Assembly: GCA_035266485.1 (NCBI GenBank)
Contig: DATFNI010000285.1
Span: 1 to 40,694, forward strand
Source: Balneolales bacterium
GTDB lineage: Bacteria; Bacteroidota; Rhodothermia; Balneolales; DATFMH01
DNA length: 40,694 bases
Direction of reading: 5' to 3'
Part shown: positions 16,434-25,498 of the stretch, in pieces
Numbering within the stretch: position 1 is the first letter of the stretch
Layout of the letters: the number at the start of each line of letters is the position of its first letter
Made by a program: the position numbers and the translations under genes
The notes under the pieces: model-generated
Told to the model about the DNA's origin: nothing
The model's database searches: none
What the model saw: only the letters and a program-made list of their open reading frames with translations

Positions 16434-17684
16434 TTATTTCCTTATTCCCTCGTACCCCGTTGATCTCAGAAACCGGTCTATCGCTTCATTCGGACTGAGT
16501 CTGGGTCGAATACACTGTTGGGAGCCATCACTTTTAACCAGCACTTCGGCGGGATAACGCCGGCGATTGTATTCTGAAGCCATAGTCATTCCGTAGGCGC
16601 CTGCATCGGCAAAGGCCAGCAGATCTCCTTCGTGGGTTTCCGGAAGCATGCGGTCACGGGCCAGGATATCGGTACTTTCGCAGATATTCCCGCTTACCGA
16701 GTACTCCGTAGTTTCCGGCTCATCGATATGGCTGATATTCAAAATGCGATGATATGCGTGGTACAGGATTGGCCGTGCCAGGTGATTGAAGCCGGTGTCG
16801 GTACCGACGTATGTAACATTCCCCTGATCTTTGACCGAGGTAACCTGCGACAACAAGACGCCCGCCGGGGCCATCGTGTATCGACCGGGTTCAAAGAAAT
16901 AATCAATCTTACCCTCGTATCGATCATTGAGCTGTTGAAGCAGCGGATGCGCAATTCGCTTAAACTCATCCAGTGAAAAGGCCTCATCTTCGTTACGATA
17001 AGGAACCGGGAGCCCACCGCCAAAATTGATTCGTTCCAGATCCGGAAAGAGCTTTGCCAATTCTGCCATCCGTTCCATGGCAGCCAGTAAGTTGCGGGGT
17101 TCACGTATGCCGCTGCCGATATGAACATGGATACCGGTTATCTTCACTCCGTTGTCTTTGGCGATTCCGAGGCATGCCTTCATCAAATCAAGTCGAATCC
17201 CGAACTTACTGTCACGATTACCCGTAGTCACTCGCTGATGCAATCCATCTCCGATATCGGGCTTAACCCGGATAGAGCATGACTTCGAATCTGGATGTTC
17301 ACAGAAAGATTGCAGCCGGGAAAAAGAGCCTATATTCAGGCGGACACCGCTTTTTATCGCGTACTCCATTTCGGCATCCGACATATTGCTTTCGGTGTAG
17401 AATATATCGCCGGTATCCTCAACAAAACGGCGTGCAAGTTCCACTTCTTCGATACTGACCGTGTCAAAACCAAAGCCTTCCTCTTTTACGATATCCAGCA
17501 GAAACGGATTATCATTGGCCTTCATGGCATAAAGCCATTTTACAGGCAAGTCCGGGAACAAACCGGCAAGAGCGCGACACCGCTCACGAATAGTACGCTC
17601 CGAGTAGCAATACACAGGCGTTCCGAATTTATCTGCAATATTCTTTAATTCTTTTATCTGTAATGGGATAACTAATGAGGACAA
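16434..17684 (-). CDS. lysA: Diaminopimelate decarboxylase (TTG start)
   Basis: 416 aa with FGTPVYCYSE, the PLP lysine in YAMKAN, and HIGSG, GGGLPVPY, EPGR and SGNICESTD motifs of fold-III PLP decarboxylases. No ATG is available near the N-terminus. Confidence 0.85.
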   Translation of the reverse strand: MSSLVIPLQIKELKNIADKFGTPVYCYSERTIRERCRALAGLFPDLPVKWLYAMKANDNPFLLDIVKEEGFGFDTVSIEEVELARRFVEDTGDIFYTESNMSDAEMEYAIKSGVRLNIGSFSRLQSFCEHPDSKSCSIRVKPDIGDGLHQRVTTGNRDSKFGIRLDLMKACLGIAKDNGVKITGIHVHIGSGIREPRNLLAAMERMAELAKLFPDLERINFGGGLPVPYRNEDEAFSLDEFKRIAHPLLQQLNDRYEGKIDYFFEPGRYTMAPAGVLLSQVTSVKDQGNVTYVGTDTGFNHLARPILYHAYHRILNISHIDEPETTEYSVSGNICESTDILARDRMLPETHEGDLLAFADAGAYGMTMASEYNRRRYPAEVLVKSDGSQQCIRPRLSPNEAIDRFLRSTGYEGIRK

Positions 17685-17821
17685 GACCTGTTCTTTTTGT
17701 TACATTTTTAGTGTTCAATGACAATACATACACAGGAGATAATATCGCACCGAACGATGATCTCCTTTCTGCGGCCTAAAGTTAGACATAATCCGCGAAA
17801 ATTCACCCCACAATCAGATCA

Positions 17822-20320
17822 ATGAAAACTTTTTTCAAAATACTCCTGTTCATCCTGATCCTCCTGGTTGGGTTCGTTGGAATTGCCATCTACTGGACCT
17901 TTTACAAGCCGTTACCCGATTATAACGCCAATCTTTCGGTACCGGGATTAAGTGATTCGGTGACGGTCTATTGGGATAATTACGGGACTCCCCATATCGA
18001 TGCCCAAAATCGGCATGATTTGTATTTCACTGTGGGATATGTACATGCGCAGGATCGTCTCTGGCAAATGACCGTGATACAACTTGCTGTCCAGGGACGC
18101 CTCGCCGAATTTTTTGGAAAAAACCTGGTTCCGGTTGACAAAGAGCAGCGGTTACTTGGATTCTGGCGGATGGCCAAAAAGATCGAGCCCACACTTTCCG
18201 AACAGGTTCGGTCTGATCTTCAGGCTTATTCAGATGGGGTGAACGCCTGGATCGATGCCAATAAAAATAAACTGCCGATCGAATTTTCACTCACCGGTAT
18301 CAAGCCGATTCACTGGAATCCATTGTATTCCATAGCTTTTTCGCGAATGCTGGCATGGCAGCTTAACGTCGCGTGGTGGAGCAAACCGGTCTATGAATAC
18401 CTCTCGACGCATATGACCACCCAACAACTGAGCGAAATTTTCCCGGAGTGGCCTGCCAATGCCCCGACAACACTCAATTCTTCACAAAGCCAGGCCCTTT
18501 CTTCCAATCTTATGGGTTTTATGAAACAGGATCTGGCCACGCGGCAGATACTTGGCATGAGTGGCAGTCATGTGGGCAGCAATGCATGGGTCATTGATGG
18601 GAAAAAAAGCGGCACGGGTTTTCCTATTCTTGCCGGCGATCCGCATCTTCATATCAATATCCCGGGTGACTGGTATGAAGTTCACATGGATCTCAATGGA
18701 AAAAATATTTCAGGTGCCACTCACCCGGGAGCCCCCTATGTGATACTTGGCCAGAATGATTTTCTTGCATGGAGCTTGACCAACATGATGGCCGATGACA
18801 CCGATTTCTTTGTGGAACAGGTTAAAAACCAGGATCGTGGCCTGTATGTCGTCGATTCTCTTGCTGATTCTCCGCATCGGGGTAATTCGAACACTCCTAA
18901 AGATTCCGTGCTTTACAAGCCGTTCCGAATTAAACGGGAGGTGATCAAAGTAAAAGGAGGTCACGACGTTATTTTTGACGAACGATTCACCAATCACGGG
19001 CCGGTGATCTCAGATATCATGCCTGCACACAAGCTTCTGGGTGATAAAGTGATATCCATGCAGTGGACCGGCTACGACATCTCACACGAACTACGGGCTT
19101 TCATGCAAATCAACTGGGCTCACTCATTCGAAGAATTCCAGAAGGCCCTTCCTAATTTCGGCGTACCCGGTCAGAATTTCATGTATGCCGACCGGTCCGG
19201 AAATATAGCCATGTTTTCCGTCGCCAAGATTCCGATCAGGAATTATAACCCGGTACTTTTCCGGAACGGATGGGATCCGAAGTATGACTGGAAGGGATAT
19301 ATACCTTTTAACAAACTGCCTCATGTGATCAATCCAAAAGACGGATGGATCGCCAATGCCAATAACCGCATAACTACCGGTAATTATCCCTACTACATTA
19401 CTTATTTCTGGGAACCACCATCGCGGATCGAAACCATCGATCATTTTCTCAGTTCACATGATACCCTTGGGGTAAAAGATTTTGAGACGCTGCAAAACTC
19501 TGTTTATTCCTCCCAGGCAGCGCAGGTGACACAAGAGATCCTCCCTGTACTTGAAAGTGACGCTTCTGATACCCTCATTTCAAAGGCCCTGCCTTATCTG
19601 AAAAACTGGGACTATAAATATGATACCAGTGAGACGGCCGCTTCTATATTCGATGTCTTCTTCTCTGATCTGACAAAAAATACGCTCTCCGATGAAATGG
19701 GCAGTAAGGCATATAATATGTTCACCAAACTCCAGCTGCTGCCTTACCGTATCGAAGACCATTTACTGGCCGCTCCCGATTCGGCTACTAACTTATTCGA
19801 CGATATTAATACTCCGAAAGTCGAGACAAAAAAAGACATTATCCTGAAGAGTATGAGGCAGGCCGTACAGTTTCTCAGCGACTCATTAGGAAATAAACCG
19901 CTGAATTGGCGCTGGGAACAACTGCACACCTTAACTTTTGAACCAATACTATTTGGTAGAGCAGCCAAAGCACCCGGAGCAAGCACTGCGCTTAAGATGA
20001 TCGTCAATAATATCCTGGCAAAGGGCCCCTTCCCGGCGAAAGGTAACGGAGTTTGCGTCGACAACGGGGAGTATAGCTGGCAGGATCCGTTCCACATGAT
20101 ACTTGGGCCATCTATCAGACGTATTGTCGATTTTGCCGATCCCGGGAGCGTCTTGTCCATTCTTCCGGCGGGTCAGTCCGGGAATCCATTGTCTGATCAT
20201 TATGATGATCAAATGAAAATGTGGATGACGGGTAAGTATCGTGTTTTCAACCAGGACATGCATCTTGTCAGATCACAACCTCACAAAACAATGCGTTTGT
20301 CCCCTAAAAAAAATCAATAA
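17822..20320 (+). CDS. Penicillin acylase family protein (Ntn hydrolase, peptidase S45; possibly an acyl-homoserine-lactone acylase)
   Basis: 832 aa with an N-terminal membrane/signal segment, YVHAQDRLWQM in the alpha-subunit region, the beta-subunit nucleophile context GSHVG-SNAWVI, and GDPHL. Confidence 0.85.
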   Translation: MKTFFKILLFILILLVGFVGIAIYWTFYKPLPDYNANLSVPGLSDSVTVYWDNYGTPHIDAQNRHDLYFTVGYVHAQDRLWQMTVIQLAVQGRLAEFFGKNLVPVDKEQRLLGFWRMAKKIEPTLSEQVRSDLQAYSDGVNAWIDANKNKLPIEFSLTGIKPIHWNPLYSIAFSRMLAWQLNVAWWSKPVYEYLSTHMTTQQLSEIFPEWPANAPTTLNSSQSQALSSNLMGFMKQDLATRQILGMSGSHVGSNAWVIDGKKSGTGFPILAGDPHLHINIPGDWYEVHMDLNGKNISGATHPGAPYVILGQNDFLAWSLTNMMADDTDFFVEQVKNQDRGLYVVDSLADSPHRGNSNTPKDSVLYKPFRIKREVIKVKGGHDVIFDERFTNHGPVISDIMPAHKLLGDKVISMQWTGYDISHELRAFMQINWAHSFEEFQKALPNFGVPGQNFMYADRSGNIAMFSVAKIPIRNYNPVLFRNGWDPKYDWKGYIPFNKLPHVINPKDGWIANANNRITTGNYPYYITYFWEPPSRIETIDHFLSSHDTLGVKDFETLQNSVYSSQAAQVTQEILPVLESDASDTLISKALPYLKNWDYKYDTSETAASIFDVFFSDLTKNTLSDEMGSKAYNMFTKLQLLPYRIEDHLLAAPDSATNLFDDINTPKVETKKDIILKSMRQAVQFLSDSLGNKPLNWRWEQLHTLTFEPILFGRAAKAPGASTALKMIVNNILAKGPFPAKGNGVCVDNGEYSWQDPFHMILGPSIRRIVDFADPGSVLSILPAGQSGNPLSDHYDDQMKMWMTGKYRVFNQDMHLVRSQPHKTMRLSPKKNQ

Positions 20321-20458
20321 TTTATCCTCCTTGAAGACGATAAAAAATAAATAATGTGAATTGTGATGCACCAACATGTTTTTACACCATTTTTAATTCA
20401 TTATTATGATATTGTAGTCTTACAACCGGCATCCTGAAACCCATCCTACAAGAGTTAT

Positions 20459-23380
20459 ATGAGTCGTCGAAGTACTGCTCCGAAAAAAACCGGAGCCAAA
20501 TTGGCTGTATTTGTTTTTGTTCCGCTCATTTTGGTTTTTTTTCTATTCCTGAGCGGTTTTATTGACATCAGCACTTTCCCGTGGGGGAAATCCACGCAGG
20601 TATCATCACAGAAGGCCGACAGCCTGCAGGTCGAAGCTATTCTTAACAAGATGAGCCTGAGAGAAAAAGTTGGCCAGCTGTTTGTTGTCAGCGCAGATGG
20701 ATATTTCGAGAATCGCCAGTCTGATGCATTCCTGCATTTACAGCATGCTATTCAGGACGAGCACATTGGTGGGATCATCCTTTTTCACGGCACGGTTTAT
20801 GGTCAGGCCATGCTGATCAATAAGCTTCAACAAATGTCAACTATACCCCTATGGGTGACGGAGGATATGGAATTCGGCTCAGCAATGCGTGTGAATGATG
20901 GGGTACGTTTCTTACCGCCAATGGGTGTTACAGCCACAGGAAATGTGAATTTTGCTTACCAGAGCGGACGTATAACGGCGCTGGAAGCAAAAGCCTTAGG
21001 AGTAAATCAGATTTTTGCACCGGTTGTAGACGTAAATAACAATCCTGCGAATCCGGTGATCAATGTCCGTTCTTATTCCCAGAATCCCGATACTGTTGCC
21101 AAATATGCGAGTGCATTTGTCAAGGGGGTGAGCAGTGAAGGCGTCATTGCCACAGCCAAGCATTTCCCCGGCCATGGCGACACCCATATCGATTCACACG
21201 TCGGACTTCCTGTTGTTCATTACGGGTATAAACGCCTCGACAGCCTGGAACTGGTACCCTTCCGCCGGTTGATTCGTCAGGGCGTACCGAGTATCATGAC
21301 GGCTCATATCGCTTTCCCAAAAATAAGCGGCAACCCCGATCTCCCGGGAACGCTCGATCCTGATATCATTAAAGGCATCCTCCGCGACTCCCTTGATTAC
21401 CATGGGCTCGTAGTCACTGACGCCTTGAATATGGATGGCGTAAGCGACAACTACTCGCCGGCCAAAGATGCTGTGATGGCTATAAAAGCGGGCGCGGATT
21501 TGCTTCTGATGTCGCCGGATGTGCACACGGCCATCAATGCCGTTGTAGATGCTGTTCATGACGGACAACTCACCAAACAACGTATCAACCGTTCTGTACG
21601 TAAATTACTGATGCTGAAAGTCAAACAGGGACTGATTTTTAATCCGTTCATAGACCTGGATCAACTGGATCGGACCATCCATGCTACGGATAATGAAATC
21701 GTGTCCGGAGAGATTGCACGGAAATCGATTACCTTGCTTCGCAATCGCCACGATATCCTTCCTATTGATCCACAACACTATCCAAGGGTTACGGTTATTG
21801 CCATGTCAGATGACAAATCCGGAGAAACCGGAGACATCCTGGCCCGAAGGATTCGCAAGTATCATCCGGATGTCCGCTTTCACATCTTCGACGACCGTAC
21901 CTGCGCCGAGGATCTGCACAATGTCTACCGGGATGTCCGTTGGGCGAACCTTGTCATCATTGGTTCATTCATTCATGTTCAAACGGGAAAAAGCCTTGAG
22001 TTTAATACACTCCAGCGTCATTTTTTAAGCAGATTGCCCAGGTATCACAAACCTACGGCTATGATCGCCTTTGGCAGTCCATATGTTCTGTCCGACCTGC
22101 CGAGCGCCGACGTTCAGGTTTGTGCATGGTCAAGTTCCAACGAACAGGTTGAACAAACCGTCCCCGCCCTTTTCGGAGCATCAACGATCGATGGACATCT
22201 GCCCACCAGTATTCCTCCCGACTACAAGATGGGTGACGGCATAAAACTTCCCAAGACCATCGTCAGGTTCACCGATATCCCGGAAGAGGCCGGATTCAGC
22301 AGAGATTCCCTCTACCGGGTGGATCAGATTATGAACAAAGCGATTGACGATTCCGTATTTCCCGGCGGCGTGGTTACCGTCCTCAGAAATGGTATTGTGG
22401 CCTACTGCAAAGGCTTTGGGTATCAGACCTACAAAAAAATGGTACCGGATCAGAAGAATGACATCTTCGACATGGCATCTCTGACCAAGGTTGTCGCCAC
22501 CACTTCCTGTGTGATGAAATTATATCAAGAAGGGAAACTGAACCTTGATGACCATGTGTCTAAATACTTCCCTGAATACAAAAAAGGTGAGAAAGCCGAG
22601 ATTACCCTCAAGAACCTCCTGACACATACTTCGGGACTACCGCCCGACAACCTGCTTACCAAAGAAAATACAAAGAGTCCCCAGGCATTCATGCAGGATG
22701 TGCTCAACACCCCCCTGATGAATCCACCAAATACCAAGTATGTATATAGCGACCTGAATTTTATCATCATGGGTGCAATTGTTCAGAAAGTTACTGGAAT
22801 GCCACTCGATCGATATGCGGAGAGGAATATCTTTGCGCCTCTGGGAATGAATCATACCATGTTCAATCCGTTAAAAAAGAGACCGTGGCTGAAACGTATT
22901 ATTGTGCCAACTGAAATTGATACCATCTACCGTCATGAACTACTGAAAGGAATTGTCAATGATGAACGATCGTATTACATGGGTGGTGTGGCCGGACACG
23001 CCGGACTTTTTTCCACCGGACCGGATCTTGCGGCTTATGCTCAGATGCTTTTGAATAGTGGCACGTACAATGGAGTTCATCTGTACAAACCATCGACGAT
23101 TCATCTGTTTACGACCAAGGAATCTGATATATCAGATCGTGGATATGGATTTGACCTAAAAACTCCCGAAGGGTTCAGCACAGCCGGACAATTGACAAGT
23201 GACAAAACTTTTGGTCACCTTGGATTTACGGGGACAAGCATGTGGATCGACCCGACGCGAAACCTGGCAATTATTCTGCTCACGAATCGGGAATTTCCAC
23301 ACCGGGGAACCAGTCATGATATCAATCTTGTTCGTTCCCACGTCGCAGATGCTGTTGTTTCAAGCCTGATGTCCCATTAA
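20459..23380 (+). CDS. Fusion protein: GH3 beta-N-acetylhexosaminidase (NagZ-like) plus serine beta-lactamase / PBP4*-AmpH-like hydrolase
   Basis: 973 aa. The N-terminal half has the NagZ motif KHFPGHGDTHIDSH and VTDALNM. The C-terminal half has SxxK (ASLTKV), YxN (YSDLN) and HLGFTGT. There is an N-terminal TM/signal segment. Confidence 0.85.
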   Translation: MSRRSTAPKKTGAKLAVFVFVPLILVFFLFLSGFIDISTFPWGKSTQVSSQKADSLQVEAILNKMSLREKVGQLFVVSADGYFENRQSDAFLHLQHAIQDEHIGGIILFHGTVYGQAMLINKLQQMSTIPLWVTEDMEFGSAMRVNDGVRFLPPMGVTATGNVNFAYQSGRITALEAKALGVNQIFAPVVDVNNNPANPVINVRSYSQNPDTVAKYASAFVKGVSSEGVIATAKHFPGHGDTHIDSHVGLPVVHYGYKRLDSLELVPFRRLIRQGVPSIMTAHIAFPKISGNPDLPGTLDPDIIKGILRDSLDYHGLVVTDALNMDGVSDNYSPAKDAVMAIKAGADLLLMSPDVHTAINAVVDAVHDGQLTKQRINRSVRKLLMLKVKQGLIFNPFIDLDQLDRTIHATDNEIVSGEIARKSITLLRNRHDILPIDPQHYPRVTVIAMSDDKSGETGDILARRIRKYHPDVRFHIFDDRTCAEDLHNVYRDVRWANLVIIGSFIHVQTGKSLEFNTLQRHFLSRLPRYHKPTAMIAFGSPYVLSDLPSADVQVCAWSSSNEQVEQTVPALFGASTIDGHLPTSIPPDYKMGDGIKLPKTIVRFTDIPEEAGFSRDSLYRVDQIMNKAIDDSVFPGGVVTVLRNGIVAYCKGFGYQTYKKMVPDQKNDIFDMASLTKVVATTSCVMKLYQEGKLNLDDHVSKYFPEYKKGEKAEITLKNLLTHTSGLPPDNLLTKENTKSPQAFMQDVLNTPLMNPPNTKYVYSDLNFIIMGAIVQKVTGMPLDRYAERNIFAPLGMNHTMFNPLKKRPWLKRIIVPTEIDTIYRHELLKGIVNDERSYYMGGVAGHAGLFSTGPDLAAYAQMLLNSGTYNGVHLYKPSTIHLFTTKESDISDRGYGFDLKTPEGFSTAGQLTSDKTFGHLGFTGTSMWIDPTRNLAIILLTNREFPHRGTSHDINLVRSHVADAVVSSLMSH

Positions 23381-23389
23381 CTTATTTGC

Positions 23390-24115
23390 ATGAATTGGGA
23401 TACCCTTTATAATAGATCATATACCAGATATTCAGGAAAGCCTGATGCCGTAATTGTTGCCGACGACTCCGGTCTTCTCTATCCCGGAGTCCGCATTGAA
23501 AATATAGCCTTTCCGGATACCATATCAGCAGAACAGGCCGCAATATATTCCTGCCTCGACAACGGGGCCAAACCAGTGCAAATGTATCTTAAGCAGAAAA
23601 ACAGGATGTCTCATCCTTTGCTGGACTATTGGATATCTACCTTTGAACTGGAACTGATCGTGGATGAAAACATACCTGGCCATCCTGTTTATCAACCCGT
23701 CATATCTACTGAAGAGGATATCGACGCTCTCCTCAAAAAGCTCCTGGATGATGCCATTGTACCCTATTCCCATTTTCCGGTGAGTGCGATTTTAGAAACG
23801 GATAATGGTTATATGAGTGGTGTCAATATTGAATGTGCCGACTGGCGTCTCGGTCTATGTGCAGAAAGAGTGGCCATTGCCAAAGCGCTCTCGTCGGGTA
23901 TCACAGGCTTTCGCGCACTGCATGTACATACCCGATACGGTGAATTCAGTAGCCCCTGTGGGGCATGTCGCCAGGTCATCCTTGAACACTTGCCCGGGCT
24001 ACCCGTTCATCTTCATCATGCCGATGACACCCATTCGGTTCACAAAAGTCAGGATCTCCTGCCCTATTCATTCCGGTCATCCGAACTATCAACCCGATAT
24101 AATCCCGGAAGTTAA
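23390..24115 (+). CDS. Cytidine/deoxycytidylate deaminase-fold protein with a degenerate N-terminal duplicate domain
   Basis: The C-terminal domain carries the zinc motifs LCAERVAI and SPCGACRQVILEH. The N-terminal domain aligns by eye to the same fold but reads SAEQAAI and lacks the PCxxC pair. It starts 9 nt after the preceding gene. Confidence 0.75.
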   Translation: MNWDTLYNRSYTRYSGKPDAVIVADDSGLLYPGVRIENIAFPDTISAEQAAIYSCLDNGAKPVQMYLKQKNRMSHPLLDYWISTFELELIVDENIPGHPVYQPVISTEEDIDALLKKLLDDAIVPYSHFPVSAILETDNGYMSGVNIECADWRLGLCAERVAIAKALSSGITGFRALHVHTRYGEFSSPCGACRQVILEHLPGLPVHLHHADDTHSVHKSQDLLPYSFRSSELSTRYNPGS

Positions 24116-24171
24116 TACTACCGGAGAATATCATTTTTGCCCGGTTTCTATAAAAATTTTCAATCTGTTTT

Positions 24172-24804
24172 ATGGGTTATATTGCATATTTAGACTACGA
24201 ACATCTGGACAATTCACTTTTTTTGAAATCATTAGCCGAGGCAACAGCCAGCCAGGATTCCGGTATTGTGCCAAGAATTTTTGTTCATAGCGACAGTGAG
24301 TATACCGAACGATTAATTCAGACCGGAATGATGCGGGATGATGCGCGGTCTCGTGCAATCAGGGAACTAAACCGGCAGCTGGTTGCTCTTTTTGCGGATT
24401 ACGGCGTTTCAGCCATTGGATTAAACGGGTATCAACGAAAAATAGCCAGTTTCAATCCGGATTCCGATGAACTAACGATTGATCATGGATACCTGTCATC
24501 CCTTCCCTCCGTGTCCATTCTAATTATTTCCAATTTGGTTCATATTGTTGGAGAAGATGAACCTCAGTTATTTCCCGTTCAGCGTTATCTTTCTGAGTTA
24601 ACCAGCTTGCCCGATGTATCACAGCTTTATGTTTTTTCATCAGGAGAATCCCCCTCAGAGAGCAATATTGATCGGCAGGAGACACATTTTACGACAAAAC
24701 CCGAAAAAAAAGGTACGAAAATGATCCTTCCCCGTGAACTTATTGGCATGACTTTAGATAGCCAGATTATCAGCATATCTGAATTTTCTCAAATACCGTA
24801 TTAA
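24172..24804 (+). CDS. Hypothetical protein (faint resemblance to a degenerate amino-acid-kinase fold)
   Basis: 210-aa ORF on the same strand, 56 nt after the deaminase-fold gene. The segment NRQLVALFADYGVSAIGLNG resembles the N-acetylglutamate kinase VNKxLVxxLxxxGxxAVGLSG region, but the glycine-rich catalytic motifs are absent. Confidence 0.5.
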   Translation: MGYIAYLDYEHLDNSLFLKSLAEATASQDSGIVPRIFVHSDSEYTERLIQTGMMRDDARSRAIRELNRQLVALFADYGVSAIGLNGYQRKIASFNPDSDELTIDHGYLSSLPSVSILIISNLVHIVGEDEPQLFPVQRYLSELTSLPDVSQLYVFSSGESPSESNIDRQETHFTTKPEKKGTKMILPRELIGMTLDSQIISISEFSQIPY

Positions 24805-24870
24805 TAAATGTTTATAAATCATATTAGTTAAGTAACTAATCCTTTTTTAATACTCGTTTTTCGCCTTTCT

Positions 24871-24898
24871 AGTCCATTTTTTTTAAAAAAAATGGACT
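24871..24898. terminator. Perfect 28-nt palindrome AGTCCA-T8-A8-TGGACT (probable terminator of the 20459-24804 unit)
   Basis: Read directly from the sequence. It lies 67 nt after the stop at 24804. The 6-bp GC-containing stem can be extended by A-T pairs. Confidence 0.5.
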
Positions 24899-24925
24899 TT
24901 ATGCCGGTTTGAGTGCGTTTTTTAC

Positions 24926-24954
24926 TTGACTAGACGTAGGGTATTAGATAGATT
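24926..24954 (+). promoter_or_regulatory. Candidate sigma70-type promoter for the Hc1-like gene
   Basis: TTGACT (24926-24931), a 17-nt spacer, then TAGATT (24949-24954). It lies about 75 nt upstream of the ATG at 25028. This is a sequence pattern only. Confidence 0.3.
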
Positions 24955-25027
24955 CGTGCTTGCAGTGAGAGGGTATCATCCTGTTCACGATTAACTTCAG
25001 CATTTAAACATAATATAGGAGAAGCAT

Positions 25028-25204
25028 ATGAGTCGCTATAATGAACTCAAAAGCCTAGTTGACGGTATGGAAGCCGATTTCGTCAAATTTTATGACAAGG
25101 GAAATAAAACTGCGGGCACACGTGTTCGTAAAGGCTTGCAAGACCTGAAAAAGCTTGCACAAGATATCCGTATCGAAGTTCAGGACAAGAAAAACGACGG
25201 CTGA
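25028..25204 (+). CDS. Histone H1-like (Hc1-family) small DNA-binding protein, 58 aa; absent from the ORF track (below 60 aa)
   Basis: MSRYNELKSLVDGMEADFVKFYDKGNKTAGTRVRKGLQDLKKLAQDIRIEVQDKKNDG. The core KGNKxAxxRVRK matches the N-terminal domain of chlamydial Hc1 and the small 'histone H1' proteins of Bacteroidota. AGGAGA lies 6 nt upstream of the ATG and a strong terminator follows. Confidence 0.8.
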   Translation: MSRYNELKSLVDGMEADFVKFYDKGNKTAGTRVRKGLQDLKKLAQDIRIEVQDKKNDG

Positions 25205-25233
25205 TATCTTATTTTCGATTTAGTACACAAAAG

Positions 25234-25260
25234 AAAAGCCACAATAATGTGGCTTTTTTT
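25234..25260. terminator. Bidirectional rho-independent terminator
   Basis: GCCACA (25238-25243) pairs with TGTGGC (25248-25253) around loop ATAA. It is flanked by AAAA upstream and seven T downstream. It lies between the convergent Hc1-like gene and the 62-aa ORF. Confidence 0.8.
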
Positions 25261-25309
25261 ATTTCTTTCGGAGGCTATTTATCTGTACAATAGGACATAA
25301 GCCTGAATA

Positions 25310-25498
25310 TCAATTGAGTCGGTGAGCGAAATCCAAATACTCGTCTTCAATCTCATTCAGGATAACCTGAATGGCATATAATTGACCGCGCAAGCGCAGA
25401 GCCCGCTGAGGATCACTGTCTTGCAATTCCTCAATCAATTCTTCGGTTAACTCGATTTTATTTTCGATGTCGAGTGCGAGCGTGTCAGCCATTTTCAT
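25310..25498 (-). CDS. Hypothetical small acidic helical protein (62 aa)
   Basis: ORF only: ...LTEELIEELQDSDPQRALRLRGQLYAIQVILNEIEDEYLDF. There is no SD-like sequence and I recognise no motif. Confidence 0.4.
   Translation of the reverse strand: MKMADTLALDIENKIELTEELIEELQDSDPQRALRLRGQLYAIQVILNEIEDEYLDFAHRLN

Noticed and set aside
17734-17766. Hairpin AGGAGAT...ATCTCCT in the lysA/acylase divergent spacer, considered as a lysine riboswitch or terminator
   Set aside because: The spacer (137 bp) is too short for an L-box and lacks its conserved AGAGGCGC-type core. No T-tract follows on either strand.
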